From Octopus sinensis (lineage: Eukaryota), in assembly GCF_006345805.1 (NCBI RefSeq), contig NC_043013.1:58590001-58654000 (forward strand): a stretch of 64,000 nt of DNA, read 5' to 3'. Made by a program: the position numbers and the translations under genes. The notes beneath the pieces are model-generated. The model was not told where the DNA came from. It ran no database searches and saw nothing but the letters and a program-made list of their open reading frames with translations. This document shows positions 24,794-37,376 of the stretch, piece after piece. Every line of letters starts with the position of its first letter. Position 1 is the stretch's first letter.

Positions 24794-26585
24794 GTCTGTC
24801 TGTCTGTCTGTATTGTGTAGAATTGCAAACTTACAATCTCCCAGTTGTTCGCATATAAACTTACCATGTTAAAATAGTTTAGTGTCAGCACTTTGAGAAT
24901 AAATCTATATTTTAGTGCCGAGACAATAATTTTCTGTCAAAAACCTGTATTTCTCTGCCTCGCTACCGACATATTTCTTTCCCCTATACGTTTTCTCTTT
25001 TCTCTCATAACAAAACTGGTTTCGTTGTCTTCATCTGACATATTTCAAGTAAATAATGTATTCTGGACGACGACTCTGAAACTCTTTTTAAAATTTTTTT
25101 CTCGTCCTGTAAATCCGAATTAGTTTCGTATTTACTGTCGCTTACTTTCTGTAGAAATACGTCAAACAATACAATTTGTTGTTCTCTATTCGCCATTACG
25201 AGGGCAGCAGTTAAGATTTTACAGTTACTTTTGAATTCCGAGACATTTATTACGTTTCCTTCATTCGTCATGCAACATAAACTGGCCTTTTACATTTCTT
25301 GTATTAAACAGTAAATTATAGTTATGGTCAACGAAAATTTGTTTATTATGGAGAAAGTTCTTCACCATCCAAGTTTCTCTGTGTCAATTGCTTAAACTAG
25401 ATTTCGTTTCTTTTCTTTCGAGATATACAGAAGAGTCTGGCTCGAATCTCGATCTTATCATGGTACATGTTATTTCGATGCAATTGAAAGCTTTCGTGAC
25501 CATGTCAGTATTTTATATTTCACTAGCAGCTAAGCCCGGTTTCACCCGGTCTGTTTGGATGATGTGGCTGTGATCGTTTTCTGTTAGGCATAATCTATAA
25601 CAGCGTTTCTCAACCTCATCATTTCGTGTCCCCTATTTCGATTGGAGCCTCCAGCTGTATGAAAATTGCCTGACCCAACCCCGTCAGAAAATAGCTTCTG
25701 AGCAACTGGTTGTTTTAATGGCAGACGAAAGAGGGAAATTCCATTACAAAAAGTCTTAATCAATTTTCTCAGTAAGTATGGGGGGGGAAGAAAAAAAATA
25801 GAAACTGCATTCCAATCTATGCACCTGTTTCCACATGTGTGCCATTTTTCATGCGAATCCACCCAGCCGTTTGGCTGTGAACCTCAAGACAAGAAAGAAT
25901 ACAACGATCGCCCATGTCCAGTTTATATTATAGATTTACACTTAAAAAAGTTAACTTTTAACGAATAGTTAATGGGTGCTTTATTGATTTATTAACGTGG
26001 TTGTGGTGATGTTGATTATCACCAAACCAAATTCGATTGGAAAAAAACCAACGATGAAAGTGAAGGTTGTCCCGTTTTTCTAAGGACAGACGACTACAGT
26101 ATCCTCTGCATCAACTGTATCATATAAAAATAAGACATGTTATTTGATAACATCGGACAGTACATCGGGTGACTTCAAATACTGTTTCAGTTTGACAATG
26201 AAATCTGAGCAAATGCTTTTGGATCGAAATTGTAGATGTGTATACATACACATGTCCGCATATGGAGTTTAGAATCATATTCTTAAAGATTCGCACACTT
26301 TGAAAATAAGTTTTCTGAAGACAAAGTCCAAATGCTAATGTAGCTCTAGATACTAGCGTATAAAACAGTGAGGGGGAAATCCCCACTGAAACAGAATAGA
26401 ATGAACACAGTCCACCTACAGGAAGGAATCATTCAAGTGCTGTAGCCTGGACCGTCATGACGCCAAAGATGGCCGTTGACTCTTCAGAGTTCATCCACTC
26501 TTTGTCAGGTCTTGTATCTAATCCTGTAGGGTGACATATTTCTCTTGTTTACTTACAAAGAATAGAGTAATAATCCAGAAAGGTG

Positions 26586-27280
26586 TGTTGTCTGTGGTTC
26601 AATATACTTCTTTAATTTACTCACAAATAAGAAAACACAGTGGTACTGCAGACAGGCGATCTCCGCAACACATCCCCACCGATACTGACGCTACACTAGA
26701 AGAATCAACAACGAAGTCTCTTTCTAGGCTTGGCTGTTCTTTTGAATCGTCTCGAGTTGACTCTGGTACAGTCGGTCTGATCAGTCTCTGAGTTTGTGGC
26801 ACTTCTTCCAGGATTTCCATTGGAATATCTGTTGGAATCTCGGAAGTATTGTCAGTCTCGTCGCCAGGTTCGCAGTCCTCTGCAGAAGCGTAGCGCAGAC
26901 GTAGTTGTTCCCAGTGTCGTCTCAATACTGGGCCTTGATGAAATGCCTTGACGTTGAAATGGCGGGTAACCAAAGACTTCGTGACGACTGCTGCTACCCA
27001 TCGGGACTGCTTGTTACGGTGAAGTGCATTTACCGGACCACCAGTCTGGTACTGCTTGGTTACCTTGACGACACCTCCAGAGCCTGTTGTTATATCCACC
27101 TTTCATGACACCTATGATTCTTTGCCCTGAGCTATGTGTGCTGGAAGGGGCAGCAGAGAGTCAGTCCTAGTCGGAATCTGCCGGGACATCAAGAGTTAGC
27201 CTGGAGAGAGTCCACAGGTTGTCAGCTTTCCCTGGTACTGCATCAAATATTCCTCACCAGCTCGTTTTGGGGACTAACTA
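26586..27280 (-). mobile_element. Gypsy pol 3' end (integrase C-terminus), PPT-like tract and a putative short 3' LTR
   Basis: Translation gives EYLMQY...GLSPG*LLMSRQIPTR...LLPLPAHIAQGK and RWVAAVVTKSLVTRHFNVK...LRRHWEQLRLR. The minus strand then reads GGTGGGGATG followed by an 85-bp segment (26586-26670) bounded by TGTTG...CAACA. Confidence 0.7.
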
Positions 27281-29399
27281 ATTATCTTAACGTGAGGAGC
27301 TAATATGTAAGGGGATATAGCGTCGCTTGAACTGATAGAAACAGCAGTCAAAATATGTCTCTCAAATTTCGCTTAAATGACCTAGAGAAAGAAAGGCATA
27401 TTCGTCTTCACTGGTAGATGTAGACAGATGAATGAACTCACCTGACACAGCAGCACAACTACGTCACTAAATATACCTGTAAAGATCTTTTGTTGTCGCT
27501 ACCATTGCTAGAAATAGCAGTCAAATCTCTAATTGATCTTCATAGATTTTTAGAAGAATATGCAGTCCTAGAAGTCGGAATATAGATGATATGTACACTC
27601 GTTAAATTGTATATGCGAACTACACGGAAGTGAGAATTACGAGGGTAGGGCACCTATTTACACGTAGATAGACGAAGCTTTCATTGGTAAGATTCTTATC
27701 CAACATCACAACACATTTGTAACAATATAGAATTTCTCGACCAACTAACATAACCCAGAAGGTTTCAACTTGACCAGGAACATCTTTTATGATACATTCA
27801 TATCTATTATTTTATTATCATATCATGATAATAAATATTCTAGAGAATCTTTATTAATGCGAAACGTTGGTGTGATAATCCATCATTCAATAGACCACTT
27901 TGAATTCCAGCAGCATATGAATAAATTCTGTGTGATAGTGGTTTCTAATGCAAAGCGGTAGGCACCATTCTTGATTGAATTCAAACCAGGCTTTGTCATT
28001 CGTCATTTCACCTCTGTAAGAAGCTAAGTTGTTAATAATGGCCAAAACGTCTTCTAATGAATAATATACATGCGATTACCATTTTCCTTTCATTTTCATC
28101 GTTGTTATTGTTTTCATACAAACTGGTTAGAATGATCCATGTGATCTTCAGAACATATTTGATTTTAGTTCTGGAAGCGTGGATTTAAAAGATCGATGCC
28201 GTTGATTTATGTGTATTCTTTCCAGAGATAATTACGTATTTGTAATCAGGCCTGGAACAATAAGCGATTAGAATTCAGTTTCATCTTTCAGAACAGAATG
28301 CCATACTAAATAATCGTTTGCATCAGTCAATAAAAGAGCTTATATGTGGTTGCTTGACATGCTAGAAATAATACCATAATTCAGTTTCGGTGTATTAGTG
28401 AAGTGGCGAGACTTGGTGGCGATGGTGTATAGGCTTTGGTGTTGGTGGAGGATTTGCAGCAACGGTGTATCGTTCTCTCTTGTGTTCTATCTTTAAAAAG
28501 AAAAGAAGAATACATTCCATAATAGAGTGCTAGATGCTTTGAATGAGTTTACGCCTGGAATGGACACCTTTCATCATGGGTATTCTTACTCATATAAACG
28601 ACAACAACAGTAGCAATAACACCATCAATACAATAACAACAGCAATAGTCAAATATTCAGTGGGAAATTCAGTAACGCCTACAAAGTATTTCTTGGGGGT
28701 TGGTGTTTTAACTAAAACTATTAATGACAATAATCTACTTAAAATCTTTCAGTAACTGAGTGAAATCCTATTCGTTTCATGGTTCTGTTCTATAATTTTA
28801 TATTTACCCCACAAACTATGTGAATATACACATTGTTGTCTCTCCATTCCCACTTATAAATGCTTGTTTTCAGAAAACATTAAATCGGGAATATCTAGGT
28901 GAGTGTAATATGAGCATGAAGTGAAGAATATCTTTGAATAACTTCAGAAGGCATTCCTTAAAACATGATTTATAGGGAATGTCTTTCTTGAACAATCAAA
29001 ACGGAAGGTTCAGAGTTGAATTATTAGCTGTTGTAAACTTCTTCTGGGGTAAATATATCTTTTCGAAGTGAAATCGACGAAGAAAATTTAGAAACAGTTC
29101 AGAAAATTAACGAAATAATCGCCAGATTAACAATCCTGCAATTATTTATGGGGGAATTATTCTATCGAATGGCAAAGACATACATTCACTTGAACTTGTT
29201 AATTAATATGTACTGTCATATCTATTGTGGGGAAAAAACCCATCAAGCACTATCGCTGTTATTCTAATTCTGACTTTGGTTCATTTAGATTTTAGTAGCT
29301 CTAATTCGGAAAAGGAATTCAACATCACAAAACGTTCACCGGATTCGTAACTAACAAATGTTAGCTCTATCAGATCTGTTCATCTGCAACAAAGCCGCG

Positions 29400-29410
29400 T
29401 GTGTGTGTGT

Positions 29411-29481
<71 letters not shown>

Positions 29482-30007
29482 CGGCGCGATATTGTCACCA
29501 GATTCGTTGAATAGCTATTTTATTTCTAGTAGAAGAAATGAAACTTCTGATGAGTGTTCCTTTCTGAGTTTCTAAAATTCTCGTCGGATATTTTCAAAAT
29601 CTGTTGGCTCTTTTATCAAAGTTCTATTGATTTTCTAGAAGATACCCTTTGGTGGTTATTCGAAGTTTACAGCATCTTGATAACAAGAGAATTCCAATTT
29701 AAATATTGATGTACACGGGAATCACTGCGCACATGAGGGCACACACACACACACATAACTTCTGTTGTCATATATATATATATATATTATATATATATAT
29801 ATATAATATATATATATATATACGTGTAATATATTACGAAGAACAAAAATCAAATTACCAAAAGCAAAACGAAAAAAGAGGCGACATTTGTTCATAATCA
29901 ATGACATTAGTTTGACGCTTGAGGGAACAGAATGTTAACGGCTGTAAGTTTTCGGCCAGTATATACATACTTGTGTGTGTGTGTGTGTGGTGTGTGTGTG
30001 TGTGTGA

Positions 30008-30104
<97 letters not shown>

Positions 30105-30105
30105 A
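29400..30105. repeat. Microsatellite cluster (GA)n, (TA)n, (TG)n, (GATA)n
   Basis: Directly visible. The overlapping IYLS-type track ORFs are artefacts. Confidence 0.9.
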
Positions 30106-32187
30106 ATATGGATAGACGCACACATGCTCGCGCGTGTGCTTGTGTCTGTGAACACGCCTGGAGACTGACGTTAGTCGTTACATATTAATCTGTATGTGTG
30201 TGTATCATGTAGTCACCCTCCTTATATATTTACGCGCACATTCATATATATTTACATATTCATCTATTTAAATATCCGTACATATATGTTTGTGTACATA
30301 GGTACATACACACACACATCCTATATGTATGTATATCTGTGTGTCTGATCACATATGCATTATTTGCCATGTATTTCTAAATAATATTGAAATATTTTTA
30401 CATGGCTTCTCAACTACATATAAATCTGCAGCCTTTGGATTGAACTCATATCTCTGTCATTTAGAGTTGGCAGTCAGCCACAAAACTCTTCTAAAACTGT
30501 TTAACACACGATAGCCGCTTCATACCACATCTCTCTCTACATTTCCATGAAATCATTAAAGCTCTCCCAATTTTCTCTTTTTTACTTTTTATTATTTCTC
30601 TGCTAATTTTGTTTTATCCCTGTTTTTCTCGCTAGCAGAGTTGTTAGGAAAACCGAGACAGCATCTTATTTCTTCCTTTTCAGCGAAATCGACGGCGGCA
30701 TAAAACATCTATATAGAACTGCAATTATTTTCACTATATTTAGCTTTTATCATTATTGTCTCATCTTTATTTACAAAAATTATTTATTCTTCTTTAAAGA
30801 TGTTTCATTTCTCAAAACGATGACTTATTTTGTTGGTGGTGTTAGCCGTGTGATACAATGGTTTTTACCAATTTAACGTCATCAGCGAATGTAGATTGCA
30901 TGTAGGTTATCTTTATCAAGATTCTACATATACCAGAATGGAATGCGTCTTATCAGGGTATCTTGGAACTAATACCGAGAGACACAAATCAACATGCCAG
31001 ACGCCTCAAACATCTTAGATGCTATATTAGTTTACGATTCCTCTGTCGTGCTCCCACTTGACTAGCCTTATTCTATATTAATAATTTGAAGATATTATTC
31101 TGTTTTACTCTGAAAGAGAGTTAGAAGATATTATCTAAATCGCCTCTTAAATTCAGGAGAGATAAGCGTAATATTGAAACTGTACCTAAACATGTTTTTA
31201 CAACAGAACTTGCTGAGTTACTTCAGAGTTCACGACAATAACTCGTAACTTTCTCATTGCCTACAACCACAGGCGTTAGGGAGAACTAAGAACAAACAAA
31301 TTGAGATTGTGGCGTTGTTTCAAACCCCAGTCGACGTAGAATCGCTTTATAAATACTGTATCTGAGGTAACATTAAAATCGCTACACGCGTGAACTCTTC
31401 AAAGGTAGATACAACAAGAAAATGCAATTGTAAGTGTGTAGAGTTCATATCCTGCAGTAAATCAGCACAGGGCATTTATAACCAATTTCTTCAAATTGCT
31501 TTCAGGGGTTTCACTTTATATCATAGTTAAAAAGTTGAAACCAATTTTAGTGAATGCGTCTAAAGATGAAGAATAAAGATAATGTAGAAATAACCAGATA
31601 TTGTGAGGTCATTGGGTTTATTTACCAAATAAATATATTACAATGATAATGGTGGAAGTTCATTATACAGCATAATTAATAAATTCAATTTCGAATTCTC
31701 TTTGTATTAATTGGCTTTGATCATGGATTTCTTCAACCAGGATTGACCTGGAGCTACAGAACAAAAACCAGAATAGCTTGCAATTCTTTACATCTCTGCT
31801 CGTTCTTTGTAATGTGTTTGTTCAATGTTCATACCTCAGTATGCAGCCCATGTGACCTTGAGAAACCAATAAACAATATAATTGGCTGAGGGGTTAGATG
31901 ATTTAAAATATGAGATGGATTTCTAAAGATTGCCGCGATTGGGGTCCTTTCTCAGAAGGTTGAGGAACGGGAAGTTGAAGTGCAGCTTGACCGGAAGCAA
32001 TGGACCTGCACTGAACCATTATCTCTCTTCCCTTTACATCCAGTCCACTGCATTCACTCCACGACAAACCTTTATGGATTCTAAAATAATTCTACACACT
32101 GGTTTAATTCGTCCATACTGGTTTAATCGTAACTGTGTAGAAAAAGCATGTCGTATATATCAGACAGCTATCCATTTATCTCTTTGG

Positions 32188-32214
<27 letters not shown>

Positions 32215-32223
<9 letters not shown>

Positions 32224-32525
32224 AAAATACAAAATTGGACAAGAACGAAAACATTCAAATAGACGACACAAAAAACATGGACGGGTTATTCGAAGCCTCT
32301 AATTTTCAGTCAAGAACCGGATCATCCTCGCAATTTCGGCTGATTAATTTCCGGTCTGGCCAGACCCAAGGAAAAACTAAGCTATGAGCATTAAATTTCT
32401 TGGGAAAAGGATCGAATGTATACGAAACAAGGACAGAAAAACGGACGATGTTACACGAATATAAATACAAAAAAAATAATACGAGTATAAATACAAAAAA
32501 CAATACTAATAATAACAAGACATAA
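32215..32525 (-). repeat. Dispersed repeat family A, copy 2
   Basis: Reverse-complement similarity to 3830-4130. Confidence 0.75.
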
Positions 32526-33013
32526 CAACAGGCGTCTTTCGACTTAGACGAATTGAACTCAGCTGGCGTATTTGAAGACGACCGCATATTGTGACAAACT
32601 GCATCTAGCAAAATTATGTTGGATCTCCAAACCCCCAGAAACAACTGTTGAACTTATAACACTTTTCTTCCTCCCATTTAATAACCTCTGCTGTTTGCAC
32701 TCTAAGTTGAACCTATTGATATAAATATGCATATATTTATTCTTAAATGTTCATCGCCTGAAAGTCTTACATTTTTGGCTTTCTCTCGTCTTGCATATAT
32801 ACATATATACATATTTTGTATCTCGTAGCCAAAAGTGTTATATTTGCCATATCTAATTTGTTTATTCGCATAATTACCTCCATTTCTGCTCAACTTGATT
32901 CCTCTTATAGTCATTGCAACTGATCCCCCGGCAAAGACATCGGAGTCTAAGTTTAAATCATTCAACCACAAGTAAGTATCTTCTATACTGAGAATATCTG
33001 AATCACATCTCTG

Positions 33014-33049
<36 letters not shown>

Positions 33050-33053
<4 letters not shown>

Positions 33054-33322
33054 TGACGTATTTTTGCCATTTCAATATGGCTAACCCCTAAGGGTGGATG
33101 CTACTGTAGTTTTTAGCCCCAGGAGGACACACTCCTCCAGCTGGCCATAGACACACTTTCTGTGTCCTGTCAGTATTTGCAAAGGGAAGTCATCCTTCCC
33201 GTCTTCAACTTATGATACACACGGACTCGAGTTTCGAGGTATTGACCTCTCGTCAGCGTGTGACAATCATAGTTGTCGGCGAGAATTAGATTTCCTTCAC
33301 AATGGCAAAAATACGTCACGAT
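33050..33322 (-). mobile_element. 273-bp non-coding element bounded by perfect 22-bp inverted repeats and carrying a hammerhead ribozyme
   Basis: ATCGTGACGTATTTTTGCCATT (33050-33071) pairs with AATGGCAAAAATACGTCACGAT (33301-33322). (TA)n lies on the left and again shortly to the right. Confidence 0.75.
33206..33275 (-). ncRNA. Type I hammerhead ribozyme
   Basis: The minus strand reads CAAC TATGAT TGT CACACG CTGACGA GAGGT CAAT ACCTC GAAA CTCGAGT C CGTGTG T ATCATA A GTTG. The core is complete, with a 5-bp stem II, palindromic stem III, a GUC triplet and a 6+6+4-bp stem I. Confidence 0.85.
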
Positions 33323-33386
33323 GTGTTACCGCTACTGTATATAACTCACTTTGATATTTATCATATAACTCACTTTGATATTTATC

Positions 33387-33461
<75 letters not shown>

Positions 33462-33540
33462 TATATATATTGTATGTATGTATATATATATATGTATGTA
33501 TATTTATATGTATATATATATATGTCTGTATATTTATATG

Positions 33541-33589
<49 letters not shown>

Positions 33590-33599
33590 ATAAAAATTC

Positions 33600-33734
33600 T
33601 ATAAGAAAGGAACTCTAATCTCTCTTTTATATTTTGATAAGCATAACAAATGCGCAACCGGTAAAAAGAACTTTCACCTAATTAAATTACTTAAATTACT
33701 TCAATTATTTGTCAGCATTTTCTTCATTTCCTTT

Positions 33735-33735
<1 letters not shown>
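33600..33735 (+). repeat. Single-arm copy of the repeat that forms the 59953-60256 palindrome
   Basis: Shares TTTTGATAAGCATAACAAATGCGCAACCGGTAAAAAGAACTTTCACCTAATTAAAT...GTCAGCATTTTCTTCATTTCCTTT with 60111-60256. Confidence 0.85.
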
Positions 33736-33781
<46 letters not shown>

Positions 33782-33794
33782 CGTATATATATGA

Positions 33795-34045
33795 TTGATT
33801 GATTCTAGTTTCAGCTCATGAGCTGTGGCCATGCTGGGGCACCGCCATTTGGTGTTGCTACATGGTTTTACTTCACGAATGCTTTTTAGCAACTGCCATT
33901 TGGTGCATGAGAGAGTTCGATGCAGCTGCCCAAATAGTGAGCGGTGTTCCGCAGGGCACTGTTTTGGGACCACTACTGTTCATAATGGCCCTCTCAGACA
34001 TGCCCTCAGCCACGCAGAGAGCCACGATCACAAGTTATGCAGGTT
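33795..34045. mobile_element. Rearranged fragments of the 4755-7685 LINE family (3' tail on minus, RT fragment on plus)
   Basis: Minus 33795-33855 reads GGCGGTGCCCCAGCATGGCCACAGCTCATGAGCTGAAAC. Plus ~33930-34040 encodes [26 protein letters not shown], matching 5935-6045. Confidence 0.75.
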
Positions 34046-34059
34046 GTGAAGCAATGCTA

Positions 34060-34279
34060 GGGGGACAAACACAGACACACAAACAAACACACATACATAT
34101 ATATATAAATATATACGACAGGCTTCTTTCAGTTTCCGTTTACCAAATCCACTCACAAGGCTTTGATCGGCCCGAGGCTATAGCAGAAGACACTTGCCCA
34201 AGGTACCACGCAGTGGGACTGAACCCGGAACCATGTGGTTGGTTAGCAAGCTACTTACCACACAGCCACTCCTGCGCCT
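34060..34279 (-). mobile_element. SINE family 2, 3'-truncated copy
   Basis: Reverse complement of 7791-8010. Confidence 0.85.
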
Positions 34280-34284
34280 ATATG

Positions 34285-34322
<38 letters not shown>

Positions 34323-34346
34323 TATATACGTATATATATATGTATG

Positions 34347-34433
<87 letters not shown>

Positions 34434-34450
34434 GTATATATATATACATG

Positions 34451-34503
<53 letters not shown>

Positions 34504-34527
34504 GTAGATATATATGTATATATATAT

Positions 34528-34800
34528 AGTTAATCCAAACATGAAAGAGAAAACACAACAACGCGAGGACGTGGAACAAATATAGTATTATTGGACGGTC
34601 AGGAAGGAAGAGAAGAATGAGGGTTTAACGTTTCGAGCGGAGCTCTTCGTCGGAAACTTAGGAGAAGGAAAGATCCAGAGAAGGGAAGACAGAGGAAAAA
34701 ATCGCCATCGGTACACACGCGGTCAGATGTCCAATAATACTATATTTGTTCCACGTCCTCGCGTTGTTGTGTTTTTTGTGTTTTCTTGTTTGGATTAACT
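34528..34800 (-). mobile_element. Non-coding element with ~70-bp inverted repeats and a point-mutated minimal hammerhead core
   Basis: 34528-34596 pairs with 34729-34800. The interior on the minus strand reads GTTT CCGACGA A GAGC TCC GCTC GAAA CGT T AAAC. Same family as 37375-37580. (TA)n flanks both sides. Confidence 0.75.
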
Positions 34801-35019
34801 ATATATATATATGTATATATATGTGTGTGTGTGTGTGTGTATAAATGGATAAATGAATTATCCTTTGTTTACCGTTAACATGGCAAATTCAATAAACATT
34901 CACCAGGGTAGCAAAATTCACGCAAGTAACACGCATGAAACGACCTATTCAAAGGTAGAAACTCTGGGTTAATGTACAGTATAAGTAAATAAATATATAT
35001 ATGTATATATAAGTAAATA

Positions 35020-37020
35020 AATGGAGTTGAACGAAGATGTTATTAAAATTCTTTTACTTTCGACATATGTTTCGAAGACAACATTGGTTTAATTCCAAAG
35101 GAACAAACGGTGTAAAATGCAATCTTCTCATCAGGAAAGAAAGAGAGCCTTTCTTCTCAACAACAAGACATTATCACAATTCCGATGACTGCCTAAATGA
35201 TAAACAGAACGTTATTAAGTATTATAAAAAACCGTTAGTAGATTCGACGTCAAAGGCAGATACTAGGAAGAGAAGGGTTAAAGAAATAATAAATAGAGAA
35301 CAAATAAAGAGGGATACGTCGACTGAAAAAAGTTCAAAGGCTTAGAAGTAGATTTCTCTATTGAAGTAAAGTGCAAGTTAAACTAAATGTTCAAACTATA
35401 AAGACTGGCGAAATCACTTATATGAGCTAAAGGTATGTTTCTGCCAGTGTTTACATTTGTAAGATCGCTCTATAAGTGTGTTAACAAGGTGATTCTTAGA
35501 GAAGAGAATATAGAAGAGTTCAGAGTTGCAAATGTTACAAAATCCCTTGCCCTTATCGTAAGGAAAAGATATGCACAGGATGAACCAATCTAACTTAAAA
35601 TCTTTATTATTGTCTTTAAGATGCAAAACCAATTTACTTAGCCCTGTGCTATGGCGTTTTCTGCTATCCCTAAATGATGAGTAATGATTGGAAATTCTCT
35701 TAGATAACAGGGAAGACGATGCGCCTATGTAGAAGTAGACATCGGTAAGAAATTTAATATAGAATTTTTGATCTTAGAATTATTAGACATAAATTTAATT
35801 TTGTTGGTGCTGTCCTCAGAGACCCAAACCAAGTTTTTTATTGCGATGATGATGATGACGACGACGATGACTGTTGTTGTTGTTGTTGTTATATGAGGGG
35901 TTGGAATTAACAAGATTAATGTTGGAACTCCCGGAAAATGAACTTTTATTTAGCAGATTGGTATTGTGAAAAGATATAATTTGTGAAAGATTCTTTTTGT
36001 TGGAGTAGGCGACTGTAACTATATGAGAGTTAATAATCGAATAATATCAAGAATTTTTTGGGAAGTATTTACCAACCACTTCACGGAATAACAAACGGAA
36101 TTACAAACCAGATATCTTTCCTAGTAACATTTAAATTATAAGTGGTATTGTCTTTAAAGGAAGATGAAAAATCTCTAGAGTGAAAATTTGAGCTTAAATA
36201 ACGTTTGCCTCCCTTCCTCCGTAAAGGATTTATATTATGTATTGCGGTGTTTACAATATTAGAAATAAAATCACTCTTATTATTACAACTAGATTTTTTG
36301 CCTTGAAAAGTAGATAAAGGACTAGATTGAGCAGAATCAGTGTATGTCACTTTCTCTTTGTAACCAGCTTTAACCAAGGCAGAGTTATAGAATTCTGCCT
36401 TGTCGTTAAAAATGTCAACATTGGCGGATAATTTAGATAATCTAAGTGAAATGTTTTTAACTAAATTCTTAGTAATTGCCCTAGCGTGATTACTGTAAGG
36501 GCTAATGTATTTGAGATTTGTGGAAGGTTTATGGTATGGGAAGTACGAGTTATTTTGTAAATTGAGAGTAATGTGTAAGAAGTTAGCTTTAGTTAACTCA
36601 TCGTCAAAAACGATGTGAAAGCCCATTCTACTAAAAACCTAACTAATCTATTCTTAACCTTCTGTATTTTTTTATTTGAAATGTTTTGGAGGTAAAGCAG
36701 ACAATCATCGAGATAAAGACCTCCACAGATGTCCGGGAACTGGTCGGCCATATCATAAAGTATATATATTCCGACCAAATCAGCAATTTGAGCGGAATCT
36801 GTACTTCCCATTAGGACATCGAACGCATTGGGAGTATCCTTCCGGGCCCACAACTTCTTATCGAACTTGATGAATGATTTTCTAGCAGCCAGTACCACAG
36901 TAATTTCTTCCCTAGAGAGACCTACTTTATTGTATGCATGCCAGGCTGCCTTATTGAGTATAATAGGGTTGATTGAGGAAAGCGTTAGATTCGACGTGAG
37001 AGGCAGATACTAGATAGAGA
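35020..37020 (-). mobile_element. Penelope-like element, 5'-truncated and frameshifted (RT, thumb, GIY-YIG endonuclease, 3' hammerhead)
   Basis: RT: ARKSF...FDVLMGSTDSAQIADLVGIY...GLYLDDCL. Thumb: NFLHITLNLQNNSYFPYHKP...SNH...SALVKAGY. Endonuclease: YFYIGASSSLLSKRISNHYSSF...LSKLVLHLKD...W.I...PY....CNICNSE...KCKH. Confidence 0.85.
35057..35139 (-). ncRNA. Type I hammerhead ribozyme downstream of the Penelope ORF
   Basis: The minus strand reads CTTTC CTGATGA GAAGA...TCTTC GAAA CATATGT C GAAAG. Stem I is 5 bp, stem II is closed by G-C and extended, stem III is the palindrome ACATATGT, and the triplet is GUC. Confidence 0.85.
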
Positions 37021-37024
37021 AAGG

Positions 37025-37059
<35 letters not shown>

Positions 37060-37312
37060 GCTTATAGGTTAAATGAGGCATACTTGCCCTTACGGCCGAA
37101 ACAGCTGTCAGATATGATATAATTATATATTATATTTTATATTTTATATTTTATATTTTATATTTCTATTTCCTTGTCTAATTATATTTACAATATATTT
37201 TGTATAATGCCTTTGCTGTTATGTAATGGTGTAATAAAGTATTGATTGGGTATCATCTGATGGTTGATGTTTGATTGATTTAAGTATGTTTCTCCATTTT
37301 CTAATTTTGTAG

Positions 37313-37374
<62 letters not shown>

Positions 37375-37376
<2 letters not shown>

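Noticed and set aside
24850-25280. Possible host exon on the minus strand (AACATG|GTAAGT donor near 24865 and ORF 25005..25271)
   Set aside because: No recognisable protein motif and no partner exon. A single splice-like hexamer is not sufficient.
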